Source: an uncultured Rhodobacteraceae bacterium
Lineage (GTDB): Bacteria; Pseudomonadota; Alphaproteobacteria; Rhodobacterales; Rhodobacteraceae
Length of the DNA stretch: 64,000 bases
Direction of reading: 5' to 3'
Assembly (NCBI GenBank): GCA_947503925.1
Contig: CANNFQ010000018.1
Coordinates: 4,125 to 68,124 of the forward strand
Shown: positions 27,112 through 37,500 of the stretch, one piece after another
Numbering within the stretch: the stretch's first letter is position 1
How the letters are laid out: each line of letters begins with the position of its first letter
Notes under the pieces: generated by a model
What the model was told of the DNA's origin: nothing
The model's input: the letters and a program-made list of their open reading frames with translations, nothing else
Databases searched by the model: none
Program-made: the position numbers and the translations under genes

Positions 27112-30100
27112 ATGTCTTCTAACGCCCCACATCTCAACCCTGAGAACGATATCGCAATCGTTGGCATGGCTGCGCATTTGCCGGGTGCCGATACGATCGC
27201 AGATTACTGGCAAAACCTGCAGGCGGGGATTGAATCGATCCGCCAATACGGGCGCGAGGAACTGCTGGCCGCTGGCGAGGCCGCCCATCGGCTGAACCGT
27301 CCCGATTATGTCCCTGCCGCTGCCCCGCTGGACGGGTTTGAGCAGTTTGATGCGGAGTTTTTTGGTCTTTCGCCGAAAGAAGCTGCGATCATGGACCCCC
27401 AGCATCGTCGTTTTCTGGAAGTGTCCTGGGAAGCGCTGGAAAATGCAGGCCATATGCCCGAACATGCCAAAGGCCCCATTGGCGTTTATGCCGGTTGCGG
27501 CATGGGTAGCTATTTCTATTTCAATATCTGCTCGAACCCTGATCTTGTCGACAATGTCGGCATGTTCCTATTGCGCCATACCGGCAATGACAAGGATTTC
27601 CTGTCCACCCGGCTGAGCCATATTTTGGACCTCAAGGGTCCGTCGGTGAACCTGCAAACCGCCTGTTCCACCTCCCTTGTGGCTACCCATTATGCCTGTC
27701 AGGCGCTGATGACCGGCGAATGCGATACCGCCCTTGCCGGTGGCGTCACCATCGAGCTGCCGCAGGATCGCGGCTATATCTATAAGGAAGGCGAGGTGCT
27801 GTCGCCTGATGGCCATTGCCATGCCTTTGATCACCGCGCGCAAGGTACGGTCTTTGGATCAGGGGCCGGTGTGGTCGTGCTGCGCCGTCTGTCGGATGCG
27901 CTGGCAGATGGTGATCATATCTGGGCCGTGATCAAAGGATCAGCCATTAATAATGATGGGGCCGCCAAGGCAGGTTACCTCGCCCCGTCTGTCGATGGGC
28001 AAGCCGCCGCCATTGCCGAGGCGCAGGATCTGGCGGGCACCCCGGCGGATACGATCGATTACATTGAATGCCATGGCACTGGCACCTATCTGGGTGACCC
28101 GATTGAGGTCGCCGCCCTGACCGAGGCTTTCAATGAAACCACCGAAGATGTGGGGTTCTGCAAGCTGGGATCGGTAAAAACCAATATCGGTCATCTGGAC
28201 ACGGCTGCCGGTGTGGCGGGCCTGATCAAGACCGCCCTGTCGCTGCATCACAAGCAGATCCCGGCATCATTGGGCTATGAAAAACCAAACCCCGCGATTG
28301 ATTTCGAAACCTCGCCTTTCAAGGTCAATGATACCCTGTCGGATTGGGTATCGTATAAAGGCCCGCGCAGGGCCGGGGTGAACTCATTAGGCGTGGGCGG
28401 CACCAATGCCCATGTGGTTTTGCAGGAAGCCCCGCAGGCGGCAGCCTCTGAACAATCGGATTGGCCGTTTCAGATATTGACCGTGTCGGGCCGCACCAAA
28501 GGCGCGCTGGATGGTAATGCCAAACGGTTGGCGGCGCATCTGCGCGACAACCCGGGTCAGGATCTGGCGGATATCGCCTGGACCCTGCAACATGGCCGCC
28601 GCGCCTTTGAACGCCGCCGGGTGATTGTGGCCGAAACCCATGAAGATGCCGCCCGGCAATTGGAAGAAAACGACCCGCGCCGCGCCTTTACCCATCAGGT
28701 CGTTGGGGCCGATCCCGATTACGCCTTCATGTTCCCCGGTGGTGGGGCACAATATGCGGGCATGGCCCGTGATCTATACGAGACCGAGCCTGTTTTTGCC
28801 GAATGGATGGATCGCGGGCTGGAGATCCTGCAACCCAAGCTGGATTACGATATTCGCGCGCTCTGGCTGCCGGAACCGGATGCGGTGGCCGCCGCTGATG
28901 AGACGCTGAAACAGCCATCTGTCCAGCTGCCCCTTATCATGATCACCGAATATGCGCTGGCCCAGCTTTGGATGGCATGGGGTGTGCAGCCTGCCGCGCT
29001 GGTCGGCCATTCGATGGGGGAAAATACCGCCGCCTGCGTGGCTGGTGTGATGTCCTTTGAGGATTGCATCGGCCTTGTCCATCTGCGTGGGAAGCTTTTT
29101 GACACGGTCCCTGCGGGGGGCATGTTGTCGATTGCCCTGCCCGCCGATCAGCTGACCCCGCTATTGGGCGATGATCTGGATCTGGGGGCCGTCAATGCGC
29201 CCAGCTTAAGCGTTGCCACAGGCCCGCAAGACGCATTGGATAATCTGGAGGCCCGGCTGCGCGCCAAGGATATCGATTGCCAGCGTATTGCCATCGATAT
29301 TGCCGCCCATTCGCGCATGCTGGAACCGATCCTGCAAGATTTTGGCGATTATCTGCGGTCGATCCAGCTGCATGCGCCGCAAATCCCGTTCACGTCGAAC
29401 CGCAGCGGCACCTACATCACTGATGCAGAGGCGACAGACCCGGAATACTGGGTCGGGCATCTGCGCGGCACCGTGCATTTTGCCGATTGCCTGACAACGC
29501 TGGCTGAAAAAGAGGACCGGGTATTCATCGAAGTGGGCCCCGGCAAGGCGATGTCATCGCTGGCTGGCCAGCATGACAAGGTGAGTGCCAATCAGGTGAT
29601 TTCCAGCCTGCGCCACCCCAAGGATGATGTCGCCGATGACGCCTATTTCATGGCCATGCTGGGCCGTGTCTGGGCTGTGGGTGGCACATTTGACTGGGAC
29701 CAGATCTGGGGGGAGGCGCGCCGCCGTCGCGTCCCCCTGCCCACATATGCGTTCCAGCAATCCGCCTATTTCATCGCCCCCGGCAAGGCCCAGGCGGCGG
29801 ATGAAAACCAATGGCTGACCCGGTCTGATGATCCTGCCGCATGGGGTTACCGCCCCGCATGGTTACCACGCTATGCCGCCTGCGATGTGGATGTGACCGG
29901 CGATCTGTCCGAGGCCACCCCGCAGACATGGCTGATTTTCCTGGATGATGCAGGGCTATGTGAGGGTGTGGCGGATCGGTTGCGTTCCGCTGGCCACACC
30001 GTCGTCACCGTCACCCCCGGCGATACATTCGCCCGCGCGGATGACATGGCTTATGTCATCGCCCCGGAACGTGGGCGTGAAAGCTATGATACGCTGATTT

Positions 30101-33100
30101 CGGATCTCAATGCCCGTGATCTGGTGCCTGACCGGATCATCCATAGCTGGATGATCACCCGTGATGAAAGCTTCCGCCCCGGATCGAGCTTTTTCCACCG
30201 CGTGCAGGAACAGGGGTTTTACAGCCTGTTTTTCCTCGCTCAGGCGATTGGGGGTGAGGACCTGACAGGCGATATGCATCTTTGCGTGCTCAGTTCCGGG
30301 GCTGCACAGCGCAAGGATGAACCGCTGCCGCATCCCGAGAAATCCACGCTTGCAGGCCCTGCCCGGGTGATCCCGCGTGAATTTGCCAATCTGAGCGTTG
30401 CCACGCTTGATCTGGATATCCAGCTTGCCACCGGCAAACGCGCCAAGGGCATTGCCAATGCCGATCAGCTGATCGGGCATATCCTGGAGGATGCGCTGGC
30501 CGAGCCGGGCAATGGCACAGCACTGGTCCGTGACGGGAAGCGTTATGCGCTGAGTTATAAACCGGCCCCGCTGGATGTCTTGCCGGATGACAGCCCGCTT
30601 TTGCGTGATGATGGTGTCTATATGATCACGGGTGGTTTTGGCGGCATCGGCCTGACATTGGCCGAGGCCCTGATCACCCGCAACAAGGCCAAGGTGGCCC
30701 TGATGTCGCGTGGCGGTTTGCCGGAGCGTGACACATGGGATGATATTCTGGCCAATACTGCCCCAACCGCATCCGTTGTCCGCCGGATTGAAGCCGTGCG
30801 CCGGTTAGAGGTGTTGGGCGGCGAGGTGCTGACACTGGCCGCAGATGTGTCCAATGTGGAGGATATCCGTGAGGCAAGGGCAGCGATCGAGGCCCGTTTC
30901 GGCCCGGTCAACGGGGTGATCCATGCGGCAGGGCATATTGATGACGGCCCGATCATGGCCAAGGATGCCACCAGTATCGAGGATGTCTTTGCCCCCAAGA
31001 TCCACGGCACCCAGGTATTGGAAGATGTCTTTCCCGACGGGGCCCTCGACTGGCTGGTCTTGTTTTCATCAAGCTCCACCGCCACCGCGCCCATTGGTCA
31101 GGTCGATTATGTTGCCGCCAATGAATTCCTGAATGCCTATGCCAAATCCCGCAGTGCGGATAAAACCCGTGTGCTGGCGATCAACTGGGGTATCTGGGTC
31201 GATGTGGGCATGGCCGCTGACGCGATGGAGGCCCGGACCGGCCCGAAGGATCCATCCCCCGTCACTGATGCCGGCGTGCCAATGCTGGATCAGGCCACGT
31301 TTGATGCCAGCGGCAACCGCCAGTTCACCGCAACCTATCAGGTGGCGGATCGCTGGTTTCTGGATGATCACCGCACCAAAGCGGGTGACGCGCTGGTCCC
31401 CGGCACCGGTTATCTGGAAATGGCCGCCGAGGGTTTGCGCGCCAATGGCGAAAAATCCGCTTTTGAGATCAGGGATCTCTACTTCCTGCGCCCCTTGGCC
31501 GTGTCCGATACCGAAGCCCGCGAGATCAGGGTCACCATGCCGCGCAATCAGGCAGGCTATGATTTTGTCGTCGAAAGCGGCGCGCAGGGCGTGTTTGAAC
31601 AAAATGCCCAGGCCAGCCTGTCGCTGGTGCCTTTTGCCGTCCCTGATCCATTGGATATTGATGCCATCACCGCCCGCTGCGCCCCTGCGCGCGAGGCAGG
31701 TGAGCTGGGCTGGATCACCTCCCCCCAGGAGGCGCATCTGCATTTCGGCCCCCGCTGGCGGGTGCTGCAATCCACCGCTTATGGGAATGGTGAAGGCATC
31801 GCCCGCCTGACCCTGCCTGATATGGCCAAGGGTGACGGCAAGGCGGGTTATCTTTTGCATCCCGGATTGATGGATCTGGCGACCGGCTGGGCGATGAAGC
31901 TGATCGATGGTTATGAGGGGCGCCATCTTTGGGTGCCGGTATCGTACCGGTCAGTCAAAGTGCTGGGCGCGCTGCCATCCGAGATTATTAGCTGGGTCCG
32001 CAGCAGTGGCGAAAACCGCACCGGCAGTGAGATTGCCAATTTCGATGTGACCCTGGCGGCCCCGGATGGCACGGTGATTGTCGAAATCACCGGCTTTTCG
32101 ATCCGCCGGATGGAAGAGCTGACCAGCTTTGGCGCGCTGGAGACCCCCGAACCGGCGGTCACCGCACAGGATGAAACCGCGCGTCCCTTGTCGCCTGCCG
32201 AAGAACGGTTGCGCCATAACCTGTCGCAGGGCATCCGCGCTGATGAGGGGGCGGGTCTGTTCATGGCGGCACTGGCGGGTGATCATCGCCAGATCATCCT
32301 GTCATCGCTGGATCTCGACGGGCTGATTGCCCAGGCCGGGCAGACCGAGAGCGAGGATGGCGAAGACGGTCAGAAATTCGAGCGCCCGCAGCTGGACAGT
32401 GATTACGTGCCCCCCGACACCCCGATCGAGGAGCGGCTGGCCGGTTTCTGGCAGGACCTTTTGGGTGTCGATCAGGTGGGTGTCGAGGACAGTTTCTTTG
32501 ACTTAGGCGGGCATTCCCTGATTGCGGTGCGGCTTTTTGCGCAGATCCGCAAAGCCTATGATGTGGATTTCCCCATTTCGGTCCTGTTTGAGGCCCCGAC
32601 AATCCGCAAATGTGCAGCACTCATTGCCGAACGTGGCGTGTCGGATACCGGTGAAACCGACGCCCCGGCAGGCGATGCCCCCAAGGCGCCTGCCCGCCGT
32701 TTTACCCATCTGGTGCCGATGCATAGCGGCGAAGGTGGTCCGAAAACGCCGTTCTTCCTTGTCGCTGGCATGTTCGGCAATGTGCTGAACCTGCGCCATC
32801 TGGCGCATCTGGTGGGCAGTGACCGGCCATTTTACGGGCTGCAGGCCCGCGGGCTCTTTGGCGATGAAGACCCGCATCGCACGATTGAGGCCGCCGCCAC
32901 GGATTATATTGCCGAGATGCGGCAGGTGCAGCCCACCGGCCCTTATATGGTGGGTGGCTTTTCGGGGGGCGGCATCACCGCCTATGAGATTGCCCAGCAG
33001 TTAAAGGCAGCGGGCGAAGAGGTGTCTGCCGTGGTGATGCTCGATACCCCGCTGCCGGTGCGCCCGCCTGTCGACCGGGCCGACAATATCCGCATCAAGC

Positions 33101-33552
33101 TGATGGATCTGAAATCCGGCGGCCTGCCCTTTGTCATCAATTGGGTTGGGCGGCGGTTGGGCCGGGTGCTGGGCAAAGGTCAGGAAAGCGCCGAGGCTGT
33201 CGAGGAAGGCCCGCAATTCCATAATGAAGCGATCCAGGATGCGTTTCTGGAAAGTGTGGGTCAATATCAAGTCCAGCCCTGGGATGGGCCACTGGCCCTG
33301 TTCCGCCCGCCATTGGTTGCCAAATGGGTGGTTGGGGGCCGGATGGTCAGCGAATACCGCAATTATCTATATGATGATAATGACTGGACCCAATTCGCCC
33401 CGGAGATCACGGTGTTCGAGGTTCCCGGCGATCATGACAGCATGGTGCTGGAGCCCAATGTCCGGGTGCTGGCGGCCCGGGTCAAACGGGTGCTGGAACA
33501 ATCGGGCGGCCCGGCACAGGCCCCGGTTTATTTCAAGGATGCCGCCGAATAA
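27112..33552 (+). CDS. Type I polyketide synthase KS-AT-KR-DH-ACP-TE
   Basis: KS QTACSTS / ECHGTGT / NIGHLD; AT GHSMGE; KR TGGFGGIG...YVAAN; DH HRTKAGDALVP...LMD; ACP LGGHSL; TE GFSGG...GDHDSM. Confidence 0.95.
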   Translation: MSSNAPHLNPENDIAIVGMAAHLPGADTIADYWQNLQAGIESIRQYGREELLAAGEAAHRLNRPDYVPAAAPLDGFEQFDAEFFGLSPKEAAIMDPQHRRFLEVSWEALENAGHMPEHAKGPIGVYAGCGMGSYFYFNICSNPDLVDNVGMFLLRHTGNDKDFLSTRLSHILDLKGPSVNLQTACSTSLVATHYACQALMTGECDTALAGGVTIELPQDRGYIYKEGEVLSPDGHCHAFDHRAQGTVFGSGAGVVVLRRLSDALADGDHIWAVIKGSAINNDGAAKAGYLAPSVDGQAAAIAEAQDLAGTPADTIDYIECHGTGTYLGDPIEVAALTEAFNETTEDVGFCKLGSVKTNIGHLDTAAGVAGLIKTALSLHHKQIPASLGYEKPNPAIDFETSPFKVNDTLSDWVSYKGPRRAGVNSLGVGGTNAHVVLQEAPQAAASEQSDWPFQILTVSGRTKGALDGNAKRLAAHLRDNPGQDLADIAWTLQHGRRAFERRRVIVAETHEDAARQLEENDPRRAFTHQVVGADPDYAFMFPGGGAQYAGMARDLYETEPVFAEWMDRGLEILQPKLDYDIRALWLPEPDAVAAADETLKQPSVQLPLIMITEYALAQLWMAWGVQPAALVGHSMGENTAACVAGVMSFEDCIGLVHLRGKLFDTVPAGGMLSIALPADQLTPLLGDDLDLGAVNAPSLSVATGPQDALDNLEARLRAKDIDCQRIAIDIAAHSRMLEPILQDFGDYLRSIQLHAPQIPFTSNRSGTYITDAEATDPEYWVGHLRGTVHFADCLTTLAEKEDRVFIEVGPGKAMSSLAGQHDKVSANQVISSLRHPKDDVADDAYFMAMLGRVWAVGGTFDWDQIWGEARRRRVPLPTYAFQQSAYFIAPGKAQAADENQWLTRSDDPAAWGYRPAWLPRYAACDVDVTGDLSEATPQTWLIFLDDAGLCEGVADRLRSAGHTVVTVTPGDTFARADDMAYVIAPERGRESYDTLISDLNARDLVPDRIIHSWMITRDESFRPGSSFFHRVQEQGFYSLFFLAQAIGGEDLTGDMHLCVLSSGAAQRKDEPLPHPEKSTLAGPARVIPREFANLSVATLDLDIQLATGKRAKGIANADQLIGHILEDALAEPGNGTALVRDGKRYALSYKPAPLDVLPDDSPLLRDDGVYMITGGFGGIGLTLAEALITRNKAKVALMSRGGLPERDTWDDILANTAPTASVVRRIEAVRRLEVLGGEVLTLAADVSNVEDIREARAAIEARFGPVNGVIHAAGHIDDGPIMAKDATSIEDVFAPKIHGTQVLEDVFPDGALDWLVLFSSSSTATAPIGQVDYVAANEFLNAYAKSRSADKTRVLAINWGIWVDVGMAADAMEARTGPKDPSPVTDAGVPMLDQATFDASGNRQFTATYQVADRWFLDDHRTKAGDALVPGTGYLEMAAEGLRANGEKSAFEIRDLYFLRPLAVSDTEAREIRVTMPRNQAGYDFVVESGAQGVFEQNAQASLSLVPFAVPDPLDIDAITARCAPAREAGELGWITSPQEAHLHFGPRWRVLQSTAYGNGEGIARLTLPDMAKGDGKAGYLLHPGLMDLATGWAMKLIDGYEGRHLWVPVSYRSVKVLGALPSEIISWVRSSGENRTGSEIANFDVTLAAPDGTVIVEITGFSIRRMEELTSFGALETPEPAVTAQDETARPLSPAEERLRHNLSQGIRADEGAGLFMAALAGDHRQIILSSLDLDGLIAQAGQTESEDGEDGQKFERPQLDSDYVPPDTPIEERLAGFWQDLLGVDQVGVEDSFFDLGGHSLIAVRLFAQIRKAYDVDFPISVLFEAPTIRKCAALIAERGVSDTGETDAPAGDAPKAPARRFTHLVPMHSGEGGPKTPFFLVAGMFGNVLNLRHLAHLVGSDRPFYGLQARGLFGDEDPHRTIEAAATDYIAEMRQVQPTGPYMVGGFSGGGITAYEIAQQLKAAGEEVSAVVMLDTPLPVRPPVDRADNIRIKLMDLKSGGLPFVINWVGRRLGRVLGKGQESAEAVEEGPQFHNEAIQDAFLESVGQYQVQPWDGPLALFRPPLVAKWVVGGRMVSEYRNYLYDDNDWTQFAPEITVFEVPGDHDSMVLEPNVRVLAARVKRVLEQSGGPAQAPVYFKDAAE

Positions 33553-33594
33553 CGCATGTTCACGCGCCGGTCTGTTCCGGCGCATAGAAGGGTA

Positions 33595-34578
33595 ATGATG
33601 TCCGATCCCACGGTATTGACGATTGTTCTGAACTATAAGACCGCCCAGATGACGCTGGAGGCGGCCGCCGCCGCCCGTGTGGCCATGCAGGACCTGCAAG
33701 GTGAAATTGTCATTGTCGATAACGACAGCCAGGACGGGTCCTTTGACACGATGCGTGCCCATGTTGCCGCCGAAGGCTGGGACCGGGTCCGGGTCATCCA
33801 GTCAGGTGTCAATGGCGGTTACGGTGCGGGCAATAATGTGGGGATCAAGGCAGGCCTGTCGGATGGCAGCCGTCCTGATTTTGTCTATATCCTGAATTCC
33901 GATGCTTTCCCTGCGCCCGATGCCATCAAGGTGCTTTACGATTACCTGCAGGCCCATCCGCAGGTTGGTTTTGCAGGCAGCTATATTCACGGCGATGATG
34001 GTGGCCAGCACACAACCACGTTTCGCTTTCCATCGCTGTTCAGTGAAATCGAAGGGGCCATTAATTTTGGCCCTGTCACCCGGTTGTTGAAATCCTACCG
34101 AGTCCCTGTCGAAGGTGTTGATGCGACCCGCCCTGTTGACTGGCTGGCCGGGGCCAGCGTGATGATGCGTCAGGATGTGCTGGACCAGATTGGTCTGTTT
34201 GATGAAACCTTCTTTCTTTATTTCGAGGAAACCGATCTGTGCCGTCGTGCCCGCAAGGCGGGTCACGAGATCGTCTATGTCCGCGAAAGCGAGGTCATGC
34301 ATCTGGGATCGGTCTCAACCGGCATGAAGGATTGGTCCAAGGTCCCCGGTTACTGGTTTGATTCCCGGTTTCACTATTTCACCAAGAACCATGGCCGGTT
34401 TTATACCGGTTTTGCCACGCTGATGCATCTGATCTGCGGCAGCCTGAACTGGCTGCGCTGCAAACTGACAGGCCGCAAAATTGGCACGGCGCCCGGGTTT
34501 CTGCGTGATCTGGCCCGCCATGATCTATCCGCCCTTTTGACTGCCAAATCCCCCCCGACCGCCAAAATCGGAGAATAA
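33595..34578 (+). CDS. Glycosyltransferase family 2
   Basis: IVLNYK, IVDNDSQD, NGGYGAGNN, ILNSDA, WLAGAS, FFLYFEETD. ORF open from 33556. Confidence 0.9.
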   Translation: MMSDPTVLTIVLNYKTAQMTLEAAAAARVAMQDLQGEIVIVDNDSQDGSFDTMRAHVAAEGWDRVRVIQSGVNGGYGAGNNVGIKAGLSDGSRPDFVYILNSDAFPAPDAIKVLYDYLQAHPQVGFAGSYIHGDDGGQHTTTFRFPSLFSEIEGAINFGPVTRLLKSYRVPVEGVDATRPVDWLAGASVMMRQDVLDQIGLFDETFFLYFEETDLCRRARKAGHEIVYVRESEVMHLGSVSTGMKDWSKVPGYWFDSRFHYFTKNHGRFYTGFATLMHLICGSLNWLRCKLTGRKIGTAPGFLRDLARHDLSALLTAKSPPTAKIGE

Positions 34579-34582
34579 CACC

Positions 34583-37500
34583 ATGTCCCAGTTCAGCGCT
34601 GTCATTATCGGTAATGAATCCCTAGCCATCCAATGCGCCGAGATGCTGCGCGAGGGCGGGCATGATCTGCAGGCCGTCATCACCCGCAACCCCGATATTC
34701 AAAGCTGGGCGGATGCCGCCGGGATCACCAGTTATACAGCCGATGCAGATCTGACCGAAGCCCTGTCCGGGCATCGTTTTGACTGGCTTTTATCCATCGC
34801 CAATCTCGACATGATCCCCGATGCCGTGCTGGCCCTGCCTGCGCGCGGTGCGGTGAATTTTCATGATGGCCCCCTGCCCCGCTATGCCGGGCTGAATGCC
34901 CCGGTCTGGGCCTTGCTGGGGGGCGAGGTCGAATATGGCATCAGCTGGCATATGATCAGCGGTGGCGTGGATGAAGGTGCGCTGCTGGCCCAGCAATTCT
35001 TTGACATCGCCCCTGATGAAACCACGCTGACCCTGAACACCAAATGCTATGGCGCGGCTATCGAGAGTTTCCCCACGGTCATGGGTAAGCTGGCGCAGGC
35101 GGACCCTGTCCTGACCGCACAGGATCTGTCGCAGCGCAGCTATTTTGCCAAAAATGACCGCCCCGCAGCAGCAGGCCGCCTCGATTTCACCAAGACCGCC
35201 CGCAATATCACCACGCTGGTGCGCGCGCTGGATCATGGCACTTATTGGAACCCGCTGACCTGCCCGAAATTTGAAGCTGGCGGCAAGGTCTGGCTGGTCA
35301 GCAGCGCCATGGCCGGTCATGCCGCCGCTGACAGCCCTGCGGGCACCGTACTGGCGGTCGAGGATGACAGCCTGACTGTGGCCAGTGCCACGGCCCCGGT
35401 GACCTTGGGCGGGTTGCGCGATGCCACGGGGGCCCCGGTATCTGCCAGCGCGATTGCCGCTGTTGGCGATACGCTGCCCTCCCCCGATGCGGATATGGCT
35501 GCCGCGCTGACGGCCGCCTTAAAAGCCACGCTGAAATCCGAACCGCAATGGCGCGCCCGGCTAGAGCGGATGACCCCGGCCAGCCTGCCACTGATTGATC
35601 TGGCGGCGGAGGCCGGAGAGGTCACCAAGACGCCTTTGGCCGGTGATCCTGGTGATCTGCGCCGCGCCATGGCCGCATTGGCCCTTGGCCTGAATGAAAA
35701 TGCCGATGTCACATTGGCCTTGCATCTGGGTGATGCGCATCCCGGTTATCTGAACAGCTGGGGTCCGGTCAGCGCGGCGGATTTGGATGACAGTATCGCC
35801 AATGCACAGGCGCTTGGCCCTTTTGCCGCTGACCTGATCGCCCGCACCCCCGGTCTCGACCGGCCTGTCACCCCGGCCCTTGGCCTGTCGGATGCGACCC
35901 ATATCACAGGCACCGCCCTGACATTGGGTGGTCAGACGCTCTTTGCCGATACCGGCAAGATCACCCCTGATGCTGTGACCCTGATGGCGGACCGGTTGGC
36001 ACATATGGCCGCGCAGATCGCCAAAGGTGACGTCCCAACCCTGTTGACGGAGGCCGAGCGCCAGAAGGTGCTGTTTGACTGGAACGCCACAAAGGTGGAT
36101 TTCCCGGAAAGCCAATGCATCCATCAGGCGTTCGAGGCGCAGGTGGCCCGCACCCCCGATGCCGAGGCCCTGTCATTTGAAGGCGAAAGCCTGACCTATG
36201 CCCAGCTGAATGCGCGCGCCAATGAAATGGCCCATATCCTGATGGGGATGGGTGTTGGCCCGGATGCGATTGTCGGCCTGCATCTGCCCCGGTCCAGCGC
36301 GCTTTTGATCGCAGCCCTTGCCATTATGAAGGCGGGCGGGGCCTATCTGCCGATGGACCCGGCTTATCCGGCGGACAGGACAGCCCTTTATATCAGCGAT
36401 TCAAAGACGCAGATCATCGTCACCGATACAGCCTTGGCTGCCGCATTACCTGATACGGATGCCAAGGTGCTGGCGGCGGATGATCTGCCCGATGCCCCGT
36501 CATCGGACAATCCCGACAGTGCCGTCACCAGCGCCAATCTGGCCTACATGATCTATACATCCGGATCGACCGGACGCCCCAAAGGGGTGATGGTTGAACA
36601 TCGCAATGTGGCGAATTTCTTTACCGGGATGGATGCGCGCATCGCCCATGACCCTGCGGGTGTCTGGATGGCAGTGACCAGCCTGTCCTTTGATATTTCG
36701 GTGCTGGAGCTGTTCTGGACCTTGGCGCGGGGGTTCAAGCTGGTGATCAGCGGCGATGAAAGCCGTGCGCTTGTGGCCGGTGACAGCACGGCCAGCACAG
36801 GCGCGATGGATTTCAGCCTCTATTACTGGGGCAATGATGATGGGGTGGGGCGTGATAAATACCGCACCTTGCTGGAAGGCGCGCAATTTGGCGACAAACA
36901 CGGGTTCTGTGCGGTCTGGACGCCGGAGCGGCATTTCCACGCCTTTGGCGGCCCCTATCCCAACCCATCCGTGACAGGGGCGGCGGTGGCGGCGGTGACC
37001 AAGAACCTTGCCGTGCGCGCAGGCTCCTGCGTCGCCCCCCTGCACCATACCGCACGCATTGCCGAGGAATGGGCGGTGATCGACAATATCACCAATGGCA
37101 AGACAGGCCTGGCGATTGCGTCAGGCTGGCAGCCGGATGATTTCATCCTGCGCCCCGAAAATACGCCGCCCAAGAACAAACCGGCGATGTTTGAACAGAT
37201 CCGCGATCTGCGCAAACTCTGGTCGGGTGAAAAGGTCGCTTTCCCCCGTGCGGATGGGGAAATGCATGAGGTGCTGACCCAGCCGCGCCCGGTTTCCAAG
37301 AAACTGAATGTCTGGGTGACCACAGCGGGCAATCCCGAAACCTGGAAAGAAGCGGGCCGTAATGGTTGTAACGTGCTGACCCATCTTCTGGGGCAAAGCG
37401 TGGATGAGGTGGGCGAGAAGATCACCCTTTATCACGCTGCCCTGCGCGAAGCGGGCCATGATCCGGCGGATTTCACCGTCACGCTGATGCTGCATTCTTT

